From: a virus
Lineage: Duplodnaviria; Caudoviricetes
DNA: 40,000 bases
Reading direction: 5' to 3' (one strand)
IMG/VR virus record: IMGVR_UViG_3300020043_004090
Coordinates: 1-40,000 of that record
Shown here: piece by piece, positions 9,807 to 19,047 of the stretch
Numbering within the stretch: position 1 is the stretch's first letter
How the letters are laid out: each line of letters begins with the position of its first letter
Translations under genes and position numbers: made by a program
The notes under the pieces: model-generated
Told to the model about the DNA's origin: nothing
The model's input: the letters and a program-made list of their open reading frames with translations, nothing else
Databases searched by the model: none

Positions 9807-12044
9807 ATGCCGCAAACTCAGTTGTATCCGACCTCGACTAGCACCGAATCTCTTGGTCTGTACGGCAACACGCCTAACTTTGGCGGTACGTACTTTGAGT
9901 GGTTTATTTTTCAGCAATCTGCAACTGCGCCGGCGACTCCTACGGGCGGCATTTGGGATTTCCAATCTAACACTGGAACTGCGCCCACCGGCTGGAGCAC
10001 TGTGCCTCCTGCAAACCCGACGAACATTGTTTGGGCATCAATTGCAATTGTTAACAGTCGCAATCCTACTTCGCTGACTTGGTCTACTCCTGCTGCATGG
10101 GTGCAAACTGGCGCAACGGGCCCCACAGGTCCGTCCGGTGCCACGGGCGCAACTGGTCCCACTGGACCTACTGGTGCGGCTTCTACCGTTGCTGGTCCCA
10201 CAGGCCCTACTGGTAGTGCTGGACTAGCTGGCGCTACTGGACCTACTGGCCCTACCGGCGCTGCATCTACTGTGGCAGGCCCTACGGGTCCGACGGGTAG
10301 CTCTGGATCGGCAGGAACTACTGGCCCCACTGGAGCCACTGGTCCTACTGGTGCCGCATCTTCTGTAGCGGGCCCGACTGGTCCTACAGGCGCTACTGGT
10401 TCCGCATCTACTGTCGCTGGCCCCACTGGCCCTACAGGATCTTCGGGTTCAACTGGGCCTACTGGTCCTACAGGCGCGATGGGCCCAACAGGCCCGGGTG
10501 GCGCTTTGGGTAATTGGGGTTCTTTCTGGGACACTACAACTCAAACTGCTGCTGCTGCAAACACTGCATACCCAATCACGCTTAATAGTTCTGATCCGGC
10601 CAACATCAATGTGAGTGTTGTTTCTGGAAGCAGAGTTACGTTTGCGGCTGCTGGTGTTTACAGCCTGACATTTTCAATTCAGTTTGTTAACAGTGATACG
10701 CAGATCCATGATGCCAACGTCTGGTTGCGTAAAAACAATGCAGGAAGTGCCGGGGATGTTCCTGATACTGACAGCAAATTCAGCGTTATTAACAGGCACG
10801 GCGGTGTTGATGGCAACCTAATTGGCACAGTCAACTTTGTGCTCTCGCTTGCTGCTAATGACTATATTGAACTGATTTGGGCAACGACCAATACACAAGT
10901 TTCGTTGCAGACAATTGCTGCTGGCACAACGCCAGTAAGCCCGCGTGTTCCATCTGTGGTGTTTACTGCAACCCAGGTGATGTATCAGCAAATTGGTCCG
11001 ACCGGGCCTACTGGTGCTACTGGCGCTACTGGTACAGCAGGTTTGACAGGCCCCACTGGCCCTACCGGCTCTACTGGTGCTGTCGGTCCCACAGGCCCAA
11101 CTGGCTCAACCGGGGCAACAGGTGCAGTGGGCCCCACTGGCCCAACAGGTTCGACTGGAGCAACAGGCCCGACTGGTCCTCAAGGCGATATTGGTCTTAC
11201 TGGGCCCACCGGTCCTACGGGCCCAACCGGAAGCATTGGAATTACTGGGCCTACTGGTCCGGGATCTGGCGCATATACATACGGCACTACCGCACCTGTT
11301 TCTCCTAACGTTGGAGATCGTTGGCTTAACTCCGATACTGGCGTGGAGTCAACGTATGTCAACGATGGCGATAGTTCGCAGTGGGTTGAAATCGGCCCTT
11401 CAGTTGGTGGAGTGCCAATCAGCTACAAATTGAGCGCCAGTTCATTGCTCAGTCCTGCTGAAGTAGGCCAGATCGAATACAACGGCACATCGCTATTTTT
11501 TACTCCGATCGGATTGCAGCGTGGTGCAGTTCCTGCGGAGCAGTTGTATGTTTTGAATAGCGCATACGCAGGCTCTAACGTAACTACAGCGCAACCAATA
11601 TTTGGCGCTGGCGTAACTGTGGCGAGTTCAACTCAGTATGCATTTGAAGCAGTGTATCCGCTATCAAAAACATCTGGAGCAACATCACACAACGTAAGTA
11701 TCTTGTTTGGTGGCACAGCAACCCTCAATAGAATTTCTTATCAATTGAATGGTCAGTACAACGGTACTGGGTTTACTGCAACCACTTCAGCCATTGCTAA
11801 CTTGCAGCCAAACTACGTTCAAGTTGCAACTGCTTTTACTTTGATTACTGGCGCAACCACTAACGCCTACATTATGGTGCTTGTTAAAGGTGTTGTTTCT
11901 GTAAACTCAGGCGGCACTTTTATTCCTCAATATCAATTGAGTGCTGCTCCAGGTGGCGCGTATTCCACTGCGGCAGGAGCTTATTTCAAGATTTACCCGA
12001 TTGGCGCTGCTGGTAGCAACGTCAGCATTGGGACTTGGGCGTAA
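9807..12044 (+). CDS. Collagen-like (GPT repeat) fibre protein with a C1q/BclA-CTD-like domain
   Basis: Two Gly-X-Thr tracts (~10110-10500, ~10995-11265) flank a beta-rich domain containing [17 protein letters not shown]. Confidence 0.85.
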   Translation: MPQTQLYPTSTSTESLGLYGNTPNFGGTYFEWFIFQQSATAPATPTGGIWDFQSNTGTAPTGWSTVPPANPTNIVWASIAIVNSRNPTSLTWSTPAAWVQTGATGPTGPSGATGATGPTGPTGAASTVAGPTGPTGSAGLAGATGPTGPTGAASTVAGPTGPTGSSGSAGTTGPTGATGPTGAASSVAGPTGPTGATGSASTVAGPTGPTGSSGSTGPTGPTGAMGPTGPGGALGNWGSFWDTTTQTAAAANTAYPITLNSSDPANINVSVVSGSRVTFAAAGVYSLTFSIQFVNSDTQIHDANVWLRKNNAGSAGDVPDTDSKFSVINRHGGVDGNLIGTVNFVLSLAANDYIELIWATTNTQVSLQTIAAGTTPVSPRVPSVVFTATQVMYQQIGPTGPTGATGATGTAGLTGPTGPTGSTGAVGPTGPTGSTGATGAVGPTGPTGSTGATGPTGPQGDIGLTGPTGPTGPTGSIGITGPTGPGSGAYTYGTTAPVSPNVGDRWLNSDTGVESTYVNDGDSSQWVEIGPSVGGVPISYKLSASSLLSPAEVGQIEYNGTSLFFTPIGLQRGAVPAEQLYVLNSAYAGSNVTTAQPIFGAGVTVASSTQYAFEAVYPLSKTSGATSHNVSILFGGTATLNRISYQLNGQYNGTGFTATTSAIANLQPNYVQVATAFTLITGATTNAYIMVLVKGVVSVNSGGTFIPQYQLSAAPGGAYSTAAGAYFKIYPIGAAGSNVSIGTWA

Positions 12045-12073
12045 AGCCTTAAAACAACCAAACTGGAGTAGCC

Positions 12074-12682
12074 GTGCCAATTAACTTCCCAATTAGCCCG
12101 ACGTTAAATCAGGTATACACCTTTGGAAACCGTACGTGGACATGGAACGGCAGTACCTGGGTAGTTGTTCCTCTTTCTGGACCTACTGGGCCTACTGGTC
12201 CGGCTGGTCCTACTGACTTGTCCTCAAACAACACTTGGACCGGCACCCAGACATTCGCTGGAACCAGTGCAAAATTTGGTGTTGTCCTAAATGATGCCGC
12301 TGAAGTAGCTACTGTTTCGGCCACAGCAGCCACAGGTACGATCAACTACGACATCACCACGCAGTCGGTTCTGTACTACACCTCCAACGCTTCGGCTAAC
12401 TGGACGGTGAACTTCCGCGCTTCTAGTGGCACAAGCCTGGACACTGCTCTTGCAACCGGCCAATCCGCAACTGTGGCGTTCTTGGTGACGCAAGGGGCTA
12501 CCGCTTATTACAACAGTTCAGTGCAAGTTGACGGGACTACTTCTGGCGTGACTATGCGCTGGCTGGGCGGCGCTCCGACCGCAGGCAATGCAAGTGGTAT
12601 TGACAGCTATCGCTACCTGATCATCAAGACAGGCAGTGCAACCTATACCGTGCTGGCATCCGTCACCCAATTCAAGGCGTAA
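12074..12682 (+). CDS. Fibre-associated structural protein
   Basis: INFP..P.LNQVYT....WTWNG N-terminus, short GPT tract, beta-rich C-terminus; GTG start with GGAG RBS. Confidence 0.75.
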   Translation: MPINFPISPTLNQVYTFGNRTWTWNGSTWVVVPLSGPTGPTGPAGPTDLSSNNTWTGTQTFAGTSAKFGVVLNDAAEVATVSATAATGTINYDITTQSVLYYTSNASANWTVNFRASSGTSLDTALATGQSATVAFLVTQGATAYYNSSVQVDGTTSGVTMRWLGGAPTAGNASGIDSYRYLIIKTGSATYTVLASVTQFKA

Positions 12683-12685
12683 ACC

Positions 12686-14650
12686 ATGCCGTTGCAAGAA
12701 ACATCCGGGGCAGCTACTTACGATGCATTTGGCGGCGGCGTACCTGTTATCCCCGCTTACATCGAAGAGGTGTTTAGCACTTGGCTGTACAACGGCAATG
12801 CTTCTACCCAGACGATCACCAACGGGATTGATCTATCCACTAAAGGTGGGCTTGTTTGGATTAAAAACAGACCAAACGCTGGATATGACCATGCCCTTTT
12901 TGATACTTCTAGAGGTGTAAATAAACAACTCAAATCAAATTCAACCGCCGCCGAAGTAACTTATAGCGGCTCTCTAACAGCTTTCACGTCAAGCGGATTC
13001 TCCCTTGGAGCCGACACCGCTGGCGGATATGTTAATGACAGCCTGACTTCTCACGTTTCATGGACATTCCGCGAGCAGCCGAAATTCTTTGATGTGGTGA
13101 CGTATACGGGGAATGGAACTGCCGGAAGAACTGTTTCGCACAACCTTGGCTCGGCCCCCGGTGTAATCATTGTTAAGCGCACGGATGGGGCAACAAACTG
13201 GCGGGTTTATCATCGCTCATTAGGGGCTACTCAATACTTAGACCTTGATGAAACCAATGCCGCAGCGTCCGCCACAACGATTTGGAACGACACTGCGCCA
13301 ACATCAACAGTCTTTAGCGTAGGTACAAACTCAGGAGTTAACGCCTCTGGAGGAACTTATGTAGCCTACGTCTTCGCCCACGACGCAGGAGGCTTTGGCC
13401 TGACGGGTACGGACAATGTGATTTCGTGCGGATCGTTTACACACACTACGGGATCAACACAAAGCATAAATCTTGGGTATGAGCCTCAGTTTGCTTTACT
13501 TAAAAGAACCTCCGGTGCAGACAATTGGTTTCTGATGGATACGATGCGAGGTTGGACGGTTAACAATTCAGTCAATCTTCTTAATCCAAATTTAGCTGAC
13601 GCTGAAAATAATTCAAGTGATTACTTGATCCCGACTGCAACAGGGTTTGATGTTCGGCCTGGATTGGGTCCAGATGGAGCTACTTACATCTACATCGCCA
13701 TTCGCCGTGGCCCGATGAAGACGCCTACGAGTGGGACGAGTGTGTTCAGCCCGAATACTTTTAACGCTACAACCGGAACAGTGGTAACAACCAATTTTCC
13801 GATTGACTGGCAGATCACCGGTGACAGAAATAACGTCGCAGATAAGCGCAACTACTCGCGTCTGACTGGCGTGGCATCGCCCGGAACAACTGCTGGCCGT
13901 TATATGTCCACCAACACTTCGGATGCTGAAGCGGCTACAGGTAGCCTCACGAATGGATGGGATAACACAGGCTTCCGAGTTCCGTCCAGCTACGCATCTA
14001 CGCCGTTTGTGGGGTGGAACTTCCGCCGCGCTCCGGGATTCTTTGATCAGGTGTGCTACGCGGGGAATAGCACGGCAGGCACTGTGTTGAACCATAACCT
14101 TGGCGTTGTTCCCGAGTTGATAATTACCAAGGTGCGAAACTATGGTTTCGAAGATTGGGTTGTTAGTTACAACAGCGGATCGTCAATCACCGCTGGCTAT
14201 TTGAACAATACCACCGCGTTTGCTGGATCAGGTACTGCTCCCTCTACAGACCTATCAAGTTTTACGGCAACGACGTACACGCTTAACACAAGCAACAGGC
14301 GTGTAAACGCTGCGTATAACTACATCGCTTACCTCTTCGCTACCTGCCCCGGCGTGAGCAAAGTCGGTTCATATACGGGCACAGGCGCAACACAGACCAT
14401 TGACTGCGGGTTCACGGGCGGGGCGCGATTTGTACTCATCAAGCGCACCAACAGCACCGGCAACTGGTGGGTGTGGGATACGGCCCGTGGCATGGTGGCT
14501 GGTACTGATCCGCGCTTGCTGCTCAACAACACCGACGCCGAGACGAACGCAAACTGGGTATATACGGCCACAACCGGCTTCCAGATCGTGACAACTGACG
14601 CAAGCGTGAACGCATCCGGCGGCACTTACATCTTCTTGGCAATCGCATAA
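12686..14650 (+). CDS. Tail fibre/receptor-binding protein with repeated beta modules
   Basis: Recurrent Y.GN.....HNLG..P..II.K / W...DT.RG / GGTYI..A modules; precedes a fibre chaperone. Confidence 0.8.
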   Translation: MPLQETSGAATYDAFGGGVPVIPAYIEEVFSTWLYNGNASTQTITNGIDLSTKGGLVWIKNRPNAGYDHALFDTSRGVNKQLKSNSTAAEVTYSGSLTAFTSSGFSLGADTAGGYVNDSLTSHVSWTFREQPKFFDVVTYTGNGTAGRTVSHNLGSAPGVIIVKRTDGATNWRVYHRSLGATQYLDLDETNAAASATTIWNDTAPTSTVFSVGTNSGVNASGGTYVAYVFAHDAGGFGLTGTDNVISCGSFTHTTGSTQSINLGYEPQFALLKRTSGADNWFLMDTMRGWTVNNSVNLLNPNLADAENNSSDYLIPTATGFDVRPGLGPDGATYIYIAIRRGPMKTPTSGTSVFSPNTFNATTGTVVTTNFPIDWQITGDRNNVADKRNYSRLTGVASPGTTAGRYMSTNTSDAEAATGSLTNGWDNTGFRVPSSYASTPFVGWNFRRAPGFFDQVCYAGNSTAGTVLNHNLGVVPELIITKVRNYGFEDWVVSYNSGSSITAGYLNNTTAFAGSGTAPSTDLSSFTATTYTLNTSNRRVNAAYNYIAYLFATCPGVSKVGSYTGTGATQTIDCGFTGGARFVLIKRTNSTGNWWVWDTARGMVAGTDPRLLLNNTDAETNANWVYTATTGFQIVTTDASVNASGGTYIFLAIA

Positions 14651-14659
14651 GGACACATC

Positions 14660-15148
14660 ATGGAAATCAGAATTCGCGCAACTGGCGCAGTCATGTATGA
14701 GGCCGAGTTTCGTGCCTACACAAAAGCCAATGGTGGCCCTTCGTGGGAGGCGACCACAACTGAAGTCCTAGAGGCTTTGGAAGCCGATGTTGTCTTTGAA
14801 GGCCCGCAAGCCACGGGCGGCAATCAATACCAGTACAGCATGCGCCAAGGCGTCGAGCAGATTGACGGCAAGTGGTACACGAAGTACGTGTTGGGTCCGG
14901 TCTTTACCGACGCCCCCGAGGCCACCGCTGCCCAACAGGAAGCCGACTACCAAGCCAGCAAAGACGCAGAGCAGGCCAAGAACGTTCGTGAACAACGCAA
15001 CGCCAAGCTGGCCGAGTGCGATTGGACGCAACTCGATGATTTTGCCGGTGGGAAGAAATTGGAATGGGCAACCTATCGCCAAGCGCTTCGTGATGTGCCT
15101 GCACAAACCGGATTCCCGTGGACTGTTAACTGGCCTGTGGCTCCTTAA
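14660..15148 (+). CDS. Tail fibre assembly chaperone
   Basis: C-terminal RNAKLAECDWTQL...WATYRQALRDVP.Q.GFPW.V.WP motif. Confidence 0.85.
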   Translation: MEIRIRATGAVMYEAEFRAYTKANGGPSWEATTTEVLEALEADVVFEGPQATGGNQYQYSMRQGVEQIDGKWYTKYVLGPVFTDAPEATAAQQEADYQASKDAEQAKNVREQRNAKLAECDWTQLDDFAGGKKLEWATYRQALRDVPAQTGFPWTVNWPVAP

Positions 15149-15163
15149 ACAATATCTTGAATC

Positions 15164-15361
15164 ATGGAAGAATCTGTTGAAACTCGGCTTTCTGTTCATG
15201 AGGCTGTCTGCGCCCAACGTTACGAAGCCATTGAAAAACGGTTAGATGAAGGCAGCAAGCGAATGAGCCGGATTGAGTATCTGCTGTACATCACTATTGC
15301 AGCGGTGTTCCTTGGCCCAGGTGTTGCCGCCATGTTTGCCAAAAAACTGCTGGGGGTTTAA
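15164..15361 (+). CDS. Small membrane protein (holin-like, coiled coil plus TM)
   Basis: HEAVCAQRY...RIE motif and C-terminal hydrophobic helix at the start of the lysis cassette. Confidence 0.7.
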   Translation: MEESVETRLSVHEAVCAQRYEAIEKRLDEGSKRMSRIEYLLYITIAAVFLGPGVAAMFAKKLLGV

Positions 15362-15362
15362 T

Positions 15363-15827
15363 GTGGATCCGATTACTGCGTTTGCCGCTGCCCAGGCCGC
15401 AGTTGCCGGTATTCAAAAAGCCATTAAATTAGGCAAAGACGTTAATGGGCTCATCGGGGAGTTCAGCCGCTTCTTTGATGCGCGAGACACCGTTCAGAAA
15501 GCTGCCAATGACGCTGGGAAAGCGGGCAAGTCTGATACCGGGAGGGCTATGGAAATCGTCATGCAAGCCAACCAGCTACGGGAGTCTGAGGAACAACTCA
15601 AACATATGCTGGTTTACGGTGGCTACCCCGAACTTTGGGAGATGATGCTCAAAGAGCGGATGAAGATTAAGCAAGCTCGCGAGAAGGCTGAACGAATTGC
15701 AGAGGCTGAACGCAAGAAGATTTCTGCTCAGAGGATGCTAATGGCTCAGGTTGTTGGTGGCGCCATCTGCATCATCACGATCGGGGTTGTCATCATCTTC
15801 ATCGTTAAACAAGCAATGAGCGGATGA
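15363..15827 (+). CDS. Membrane-anchored coiled-coil protein (MDPITAFAAA...)
   Basis: Likely GTG start at 15363, just after the upstream stop; C-terminal TM helix. Confidence 0.7.
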   Translation: MDPITAFAAAQAAVAGIQKAIKLGKDVNGLIGEFSRFFDARDTVQKAANDAGKAGKSDTGRAMEIVMQANQLRESEEQLKHMLVYGGYPELWEMMLKERMKIKQAREKAERIAEAERKKISAQRMLMAQVVGGAICIITIGVVIIFIVKQAMSG

Positions 15828-16438
15828 GCGAAGAGAAGACTCAGCTAACAGTGTTGGACAGGGTCCTCGGTTACGTGGACTCGCCGTTTAAGTTGTTTGC
15901 CATCTTGCTGATGGCGGTCTTTACGTTCGTTGGGTACTTTGTCTGGCAGAACCAAGCCTTCTTGATTGGGGCGTACAAGGAGCAACAGAAACTTCCTAGC
16001 ATCGCAGAGGACCGGGTGGAGGATGCGGCGGCGCATCTATTTCGAAACACCGACGCTACAGTTGTAGCCATCTTCAAGGTCAACCCGATGTTCGGCACCC
16101 GTGTTCTGTACCGGGCGTATACCAAAGATGGCAGGGATAAGACGCACGAAGGATTGGATGTCGGGCTGTTTACCGCAAACGCTGCAAACAATAGGGACGT
16201 TGTGGCGCTCATGGCAAGCGAAGTTCCCTGCGGCCACTACAAAACTGCTCAGTCCGAGATTGGCTTGTGGTACATGGAAAAGGGTATGACCTACGGGTGC
16301 CGGATCAGTGTGCCCCCCGAACAGGGTAAGTTTGTAGGCCAGATTACTGTGGGATGGAAAGAGGAACCGCCGGACGTAGAGCAGTATCGCGTCCTTCTGC
16401 AAATTGCAGCAACCATGTTGTCGAGGAGTAAAAAGTAA
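15824..16438 (+). CDS. Single-TM protein with a soluble GAF-like domain, possibly T4 T-like holin
   Basis: N-terminal amphipathic helix, TM, then a ~160-aa domain ending CRISVPPEQGKFVGQITVGW. Confidence 0.55.
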   Translation: MSEEKTQLTVLDRVLGYVDSPFKLFAILLMAVFTFVGYFVWQNQAFLIGAYKEQQKLPSIAEDRVEDAAAHLFRNTDATVVAIFKVNPMFGTRVLYRAYTKDGRDKTHEGLDVGLFTANAANNRDVVALMASEVPCGHYKTAQSEIGLWYMEKGMTYGCRISVPPEQGKFVGQITVGWKEEPPDVEQYRVLLQIAATMLSRSKK

Positions 16439-16935
16439 TGGAATGGCTTAAACAGATTGCCCCCACTATTGCCACAGCGATGGGTGGACCTTTGGCCGGC
16501 ATGGCCGTCTCTGCTATCTCCAAGGCGATTGGCGTGGACGAAAAGGATGTGGGAGACCTCATCAATAACAACAAGCTGACTGCCGAGCAGATCGCACAGG
16601 TCAAACTGGCCGAGATCGAACTCCAGAAGCAAGCTCAGGAACTTGGGCTTAATTTTGAGAAGTTGGCGGTGGATGACCGCAAAAGCGCACGGGAGATGCA
16701 GGCTACTACCCGCTCCATTGTTCCTCCGGCGCTGGCAGCAATTGTTACTTTTGGGTTTTTTGGCATCCTAGTAATGATGCTGTTGGACAAAGTGGATTCC
16801 AACAACCCGGCCATCCTCATGATGCTGGGTAGCCTCGGCACTGCTTGGACCGGAATCATCGCGTATTATTTTGGTTCTAGCGCTGGCTCTCAGGCTAAAA
16901 CTGATCTTCTTTCTAAGGCACCTGCAATCAAATGA
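16438..16935 (+). CDS. Holin (3TM/GTA-holin-like)
   Basis: WLKQIAPTIATAMGGPLAG, DRKSAREMQ and YYFGSS motifs; two C-terminal TM helices. Confidence 0.8.
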   Translation: MEWLKQIAPTIATAMGGPLAGMAVSAISKAIGVDEKDVGDLINNNKLTAEQIAQVKLAEIELQKQAQELGLNFEKLAVDDRKSAREMQATTRSIVPPALAAIVTFGFFGILVMMLLDKVDSNNPAILMMLGSLGTAWTGIIAYYFGSSAGSQAKTDLLSKAPAIK

Positions 16936-17435
16936 AAGAAAACTTGCTGGCGGCGATCAACGCTCGTTTGAACACCGCTAAAACCAAGCTGCATGCGGGA
17001 CGCCGTGGCACTTGCTCAGTAGATGAGTGCCCGAACGACGTGCTGGCTAAAAACCTGTGCAACGCTCATTACCTACGTTCAAAGAAAGGTGCCGACATCA
17101 GCAAACCAGTACAAGCTTTTGCGAGTGAAGGGTGCATAGAATGCGGCGAAAAACTGAACGGGAAAGGTGGGTGGATGAGGTGCGCCAAGCACTTCAAAAT
17201 CGCTCGCCAACAAACTATTAAAGACGCGCTGATTGACGCTATGGGGGGTTGTTGCCAGACTTGTGGCGGCGTGTTTCCGTCAGCCGCCTATGACTTTCAT
17301 CACGTAGGCGAAAAAGATGCTGACCCTTCCGCACTGATTGCGAATAACAGTGTGGAGCGCATCGCTCAAGAAATTGAGAAGTGCGTACTTTTGTGTGCTA
17401 ATTGTCACAGGATTGAACATGCGCGAAAACTTTGA
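16932..17435 (+). CDS. HNH homing endonuclease with Zn-binding motifs
   Basis: CQTCG...DFHH...CVLLCANCHRIEH; N-terminal C.VDEC...LCNAHY zinc modules. Confidence 0.85.
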   Translation: MKENLLAAINARLNTAKTKLHAGRRGTCSVDECPNDVLAKNLCNAHYLRSKKGADISKPVQAFASEGCIECGEKLNGKGGWMRCAKHFKIARQQTIKDALIDAMGGCCQTCGGVFPSAAYDFHHVGEKDADPSALIANNSVERIAQEIEKCVLLCANCHRIEHARKL

Positions 17436-17931
17436 AAAGGCTTTAGCTGGAGTGCTTCACCATGAAGGTGGCTACAGTAATCATCCGTCTGATCCGGGCG
17501 GCATGACCAACCTGGGTGTCACCAAGCGCGTCTGGGAAGAGTGGGTCGGCCATCCCGTTGACGAGAAGGCTATGCGGGCGCTGACCCCTGAGATTGTTGG
17601 CCCTATGTACAAGGCCAAATACTGGGACAAGATCAAGGGTGACGACTTGCCAACCGGGGTGGACTACATCGTGTTTGATGCTGCAATCAACAGTGGTCCT
17701 GGACGGGCGGCAAAGTGGTTGCAACAGACTGTAGGCGCTGTGCCTGATGGCGCAATTGGCGCTGGGACACTGGCTAAAGTAGCTGCTATGCCTGCTGACG
17801 ATATTGTGGAAAAATACCAGAAAACTCGATTGGAGTTTTTGCAATCTCTGCCTACTTGGGATACTTTTGGTAAAGGCTGGGGTCGCCGTGTGGCAGAGGT
17901 ACAAACTGCTGCTGCAAATATGATTGCGTAA
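17419..17931 (+). CDS. Endolysin, glycoside hydrolase family 108 with peptidoglycan-binding domain
   Basis: HEGGYSNHPSDPGGMTNLGVT, FDAAINSG, DGAIG..T, FGKGWGRRV; likely start ATG 17419 (MRENFEKAL). Confidence 0.92.
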   Translation: MRENFEKALAGVLHHEGGYSNHPSDPGGMTNLGVTKRVWEEWVGHPVDEKAMRALTPEIVGPMYKAKYWDKIKGDDLPTGVDYIVFDAAINSGPGRAAKWLQQTVGAVPDGAIGAGTLAKVAAMPADDIVEKYQKTRLEFLQSLPTWDTFGKGWGRRVAEVQTAAANMIA

Positions 17932-17955
17932 TATTAACTAATCAATGTAAAGATA

Positions 17956-19047
17956 ATGAAGATTGCAATTAGTGCTATTTCTAAGAATGAAGCTCAGTTT
18001 GTAGAAAGATTTTGCGAGTCAGCAAAAGACGCAGATTTAATTAGCATCGTAGATACTGGATCTACAGACAACACTGTAGATCTAGCTCGTGCATGTGGAG
18101 CAGATGTTGGGCAGATCTGTATTTCTCCTTGGCGGTTTGACCACGCTAGAAACGCGGCTCTTGCATTACTGCCTCGGGATATAGATATCGTTATTAGCCT
18201 AGATCTAGACGAGGTTCTTGAGCCTGGTTGGCGAGAAGAAATCGAACGAGTGTGGAAGGACGATACAACTCGTCTGCGCTATAAGTTCGACTGGGGCCAA
18301 GGCATTTCGTTCTATTACGAAAAGATCTTTGCTAGGCATGGATACCACTGGCACCACCCTTGCCACGAATACCCGGTTACAGACCCTAGGACTAAAGAAG
18401 TCTGGGCATCTACCGACAAGCTGTTGGTACGCCACTTGCCAGACCCTACTAAGTCACGCGGGCAGTATCTAGATCTTTTAAAAGTTGCAGTAACAGAGGA
18501 TAAAGAATGTCCTCGTAATGCTTTCTACTACGCTAGGGAGCTTACCTTTCACTATCAGTGGCAAGAAGCGATAGTTGAACTTAATCGGTATCTGTCTTTG
18601 CCTAGGGCAACGTGGCCCAATGAACGATGCTATGCCATGCGGTTGATGGGCAAGGCGTATGAAGAGACTGGTGATTGGTTTACTGCATTAAAATGGTATC
18701 GTTTGGCAGTTGCAGAGGCTCCGGGTACGCGAGAGCCCTGGGTATCATTGTCTGAAGCCTGTTACCGTCGGCACATGTGGGCAGAGAGTTACAGTGCTGC
18801 TTTGAGTGCTTTGGCAATCGTAAACAAGGAAGAGGTCTACACTATGGACCCGGCTGTCTGGGGTGAAAAACCTTATGATTTTGCATCGATAGCCGCGTAC
18901 AATTTGGGCTTAATAGACCAAGCGATTAATTACTGCAAAGCAGCCATAGAGTTAGCCCCGCAAGATCCTCGGCTAAAGGTTAATTTGCAGTTTATGGAGC
19001 AGGAGTCAAACCGTGCCCGATTACCAGCGTCTGAGGACGCCACTTAG
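17956..19047 (+). CDS. Glycosyltransferase family 2 with C-terminal TPR repeats
   Basis: KNE...VDTGSTDNT, FDHARN, DxD motif SLDLDE, HE, followed by TPR-like helices (AFYYARE, AMRLMGKAY, AIELAP). Confidence 0.9.
   Translation: MKIAISAISKNEAQFVERFCESAKDADLISIVDTGSTDNTVDLARACGADVGQICISPWRFDHARNAALALLPRDIDIVISLDLDEVLEPGWREEIERVWKDDTTRLRYKFDWGQGISFYYEKIFARHGYHWHHPCHEYPVTDPRTKEVWASTDKLLVRHLPDPTKSRGQYLDLLKVAVTEDKECPRNAFYYARELTFHYQWQEAIVELNRYLSLPRATWPNERCYAMRLMGKAYEETGDWFTALKWYRLAVAEAPGTREPWVSLSEACYRRHMWAESYSAALSALAIVNKEEVYTMDPAVWGEKPYDFASIAAYNLGLIDQAINYCKAAIELAPQDPRLKVNLQFMEQESNRARLPASEDAT

Noticed and set aside
16932-17435. Group I intron in the endolysin
   Set aside because: The insert is entirely HNH coding sequence with no recognisable ribozyme core, and the lysin has its own start.
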